Shown here: one piece after another, positions 63,556 to 64,000 of the stretch | Layout: each line of letters starts with the position of its first letter | How positions within the stretch are numbered: position 1 is the stretch's first letter | Source of the DNA: Dehalococcoidales bacterium | GTDB lineage: Bacteria; Chloroflexota; Dehalococcoidia; Dehalococcoidales; Fen-1064 | DNA: 64,000 nucleotides | Reading direction: 5' to 3' | Assembly (NCBI GenBank): GCA_016783135.1 | Contig: JADHXC010000008.1 | Span: 309 to 64,308, forward strand | Translations under genes and position numbers: made by a program | The notes under the pieces: generated by a model | The model's input: only the letters and a program-made list of their open reading frames with translations | Told to the model about the DNA's origin: nothing | The model's database searches: none

Positions 63556-64000
63556 CTACCCTTCCAGTTTGTTCTTGACGCACCGCCACAGCGATTCTAT
63601 CTCGTGCGTGACATTGTCCTGGGTATATTCCACCACAGGAATACCCCGTACGATTGACTCCGTAACTGCGTTATCAAATGAAATCCTGCCGGCTATTTCC
63701 AACCCCTGTTCAAGGCAGTAGCTTTCGATTCGGTGGGTGTTATCCTCATTCAGGTCGTACTTGTTGATACACACCATTACCGGCACACCGAAGTGGAAGC
63801 AGACACCGATTACTCTCTCCAGGTCATGTATCCCCGAAAGTGTTGGCTCGGTTACTAATAGGGCCAGGCCAGCGCCGGACAGGGATGAGATTACCGGACA
63901 GCCAATACCGGGCGGCCCATCACTTATAATGTAATCTATTCCGCCCTTATCGGCAAGTTGCCTGCCCTGTTGCCTTACGTGAGCCACCAGCTTCCCCGAG
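63556..64000 (-). CDS. MinD/CooC-superfamily P-loop ATPase (COG1149-like), 5' end outside the window
   Basis: C-terminal 148 aa: DYIISDGPPGIGCPVISSLSGAGLALLVTEPTLSGIHDLERV...VCINKYD. The frame is open to the window edge. Confidence 0.7.
   Translation of the reverse strand, partial: SGKLVAHVRQQGRQLADKGGIDYIISDGPPGIGCPVISSLSGAGLALLVTEPTLSGIHDLERVIGVCFHFGVPVMVCINKYDLNEDNTHRIESYCLEQGLEIAGRISFDNAVTESIVRGIPVVEYTQDNVTHEIESLWRCVKNKLEG

Noticed and set aside
1-64000. Looked for CRISPR arrays, IS elements or transposases, integrases, prophage genes, toxin-antitoxin pairs, defence systems and rRNA.
   Set aside because: No spaced direct-repeat arrays, no terminal inverted repeats flanking transposase-like ORFs, and no recombinase, phage or defence-type motifs in any of the translated ORFs. 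The only repeats found are the short regulatory or coding repeats listed above.

Overview
64-kb chromosomal segment, about mid-50s % GC by eye. I found no rRNA, CRISPR array, transposase or integrase. Gene content suggests a strictly anaerobic Chloroflexota (Dehalococcoidia-like) genome; this is inference only. Main blocks, left to right: (1) CotH / VTC / DUF4956 triad plus an MFS pump. (2) An SOS-box-controlled small gene. (3) An orphan OppD/OppF ATPase pair. (4) An ABC-2/GldG/DUF4340 transporter set. (5) acpS, then nrdR-nrdJ. (6) A collapsed division cluster, mraZ-rsmH-ftsA-ftsZ, with no peptidoglycan genes. (7) A 13-kb Wood-Ljungdahl cluster: cooC-fhs-cooC-folD-orf72-acsD-acsA-acsB-acsC-acsE-DUF3786-TIGR04076. 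(8) ccdA, thiolase, acyl-CoA carboxyltransferase, holA. (9) fur plus a NuoE/NuoF/truncated-NuoG flavin-FeS module. (10) A radical SAM gene coupled to a DsbA-like gene. (11) yceD-rpmF-fabK-fabD-fabG ... nusB-acpP. (12) Three tandem family-III CoA-transferases, then tRNA-His. (13) fur-feoAB. (14) An IscU/Mrp/NifX-like/FmdB/MinD-like Fe-S neighbourhood. The most interesting signal is the DsbA-like gene. Its CPWC active-site Cys codon is replaced by an in-frame TGA, making it a candidate selenoprotein that an ORF caller truncates to 115 aa. Other notable points: two fur paralogs with near-identical promoter/Fur-box architecture; a tandem 17-bp palindromic operator between the CoA-transferase operon and tRNA-His; a LexA box in a promoter spacer; a VTC gene with no canonical start codon; and a frameshifted FmdB paralog. 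I did not recognise a clear novel multi-gene system such as a defence system.
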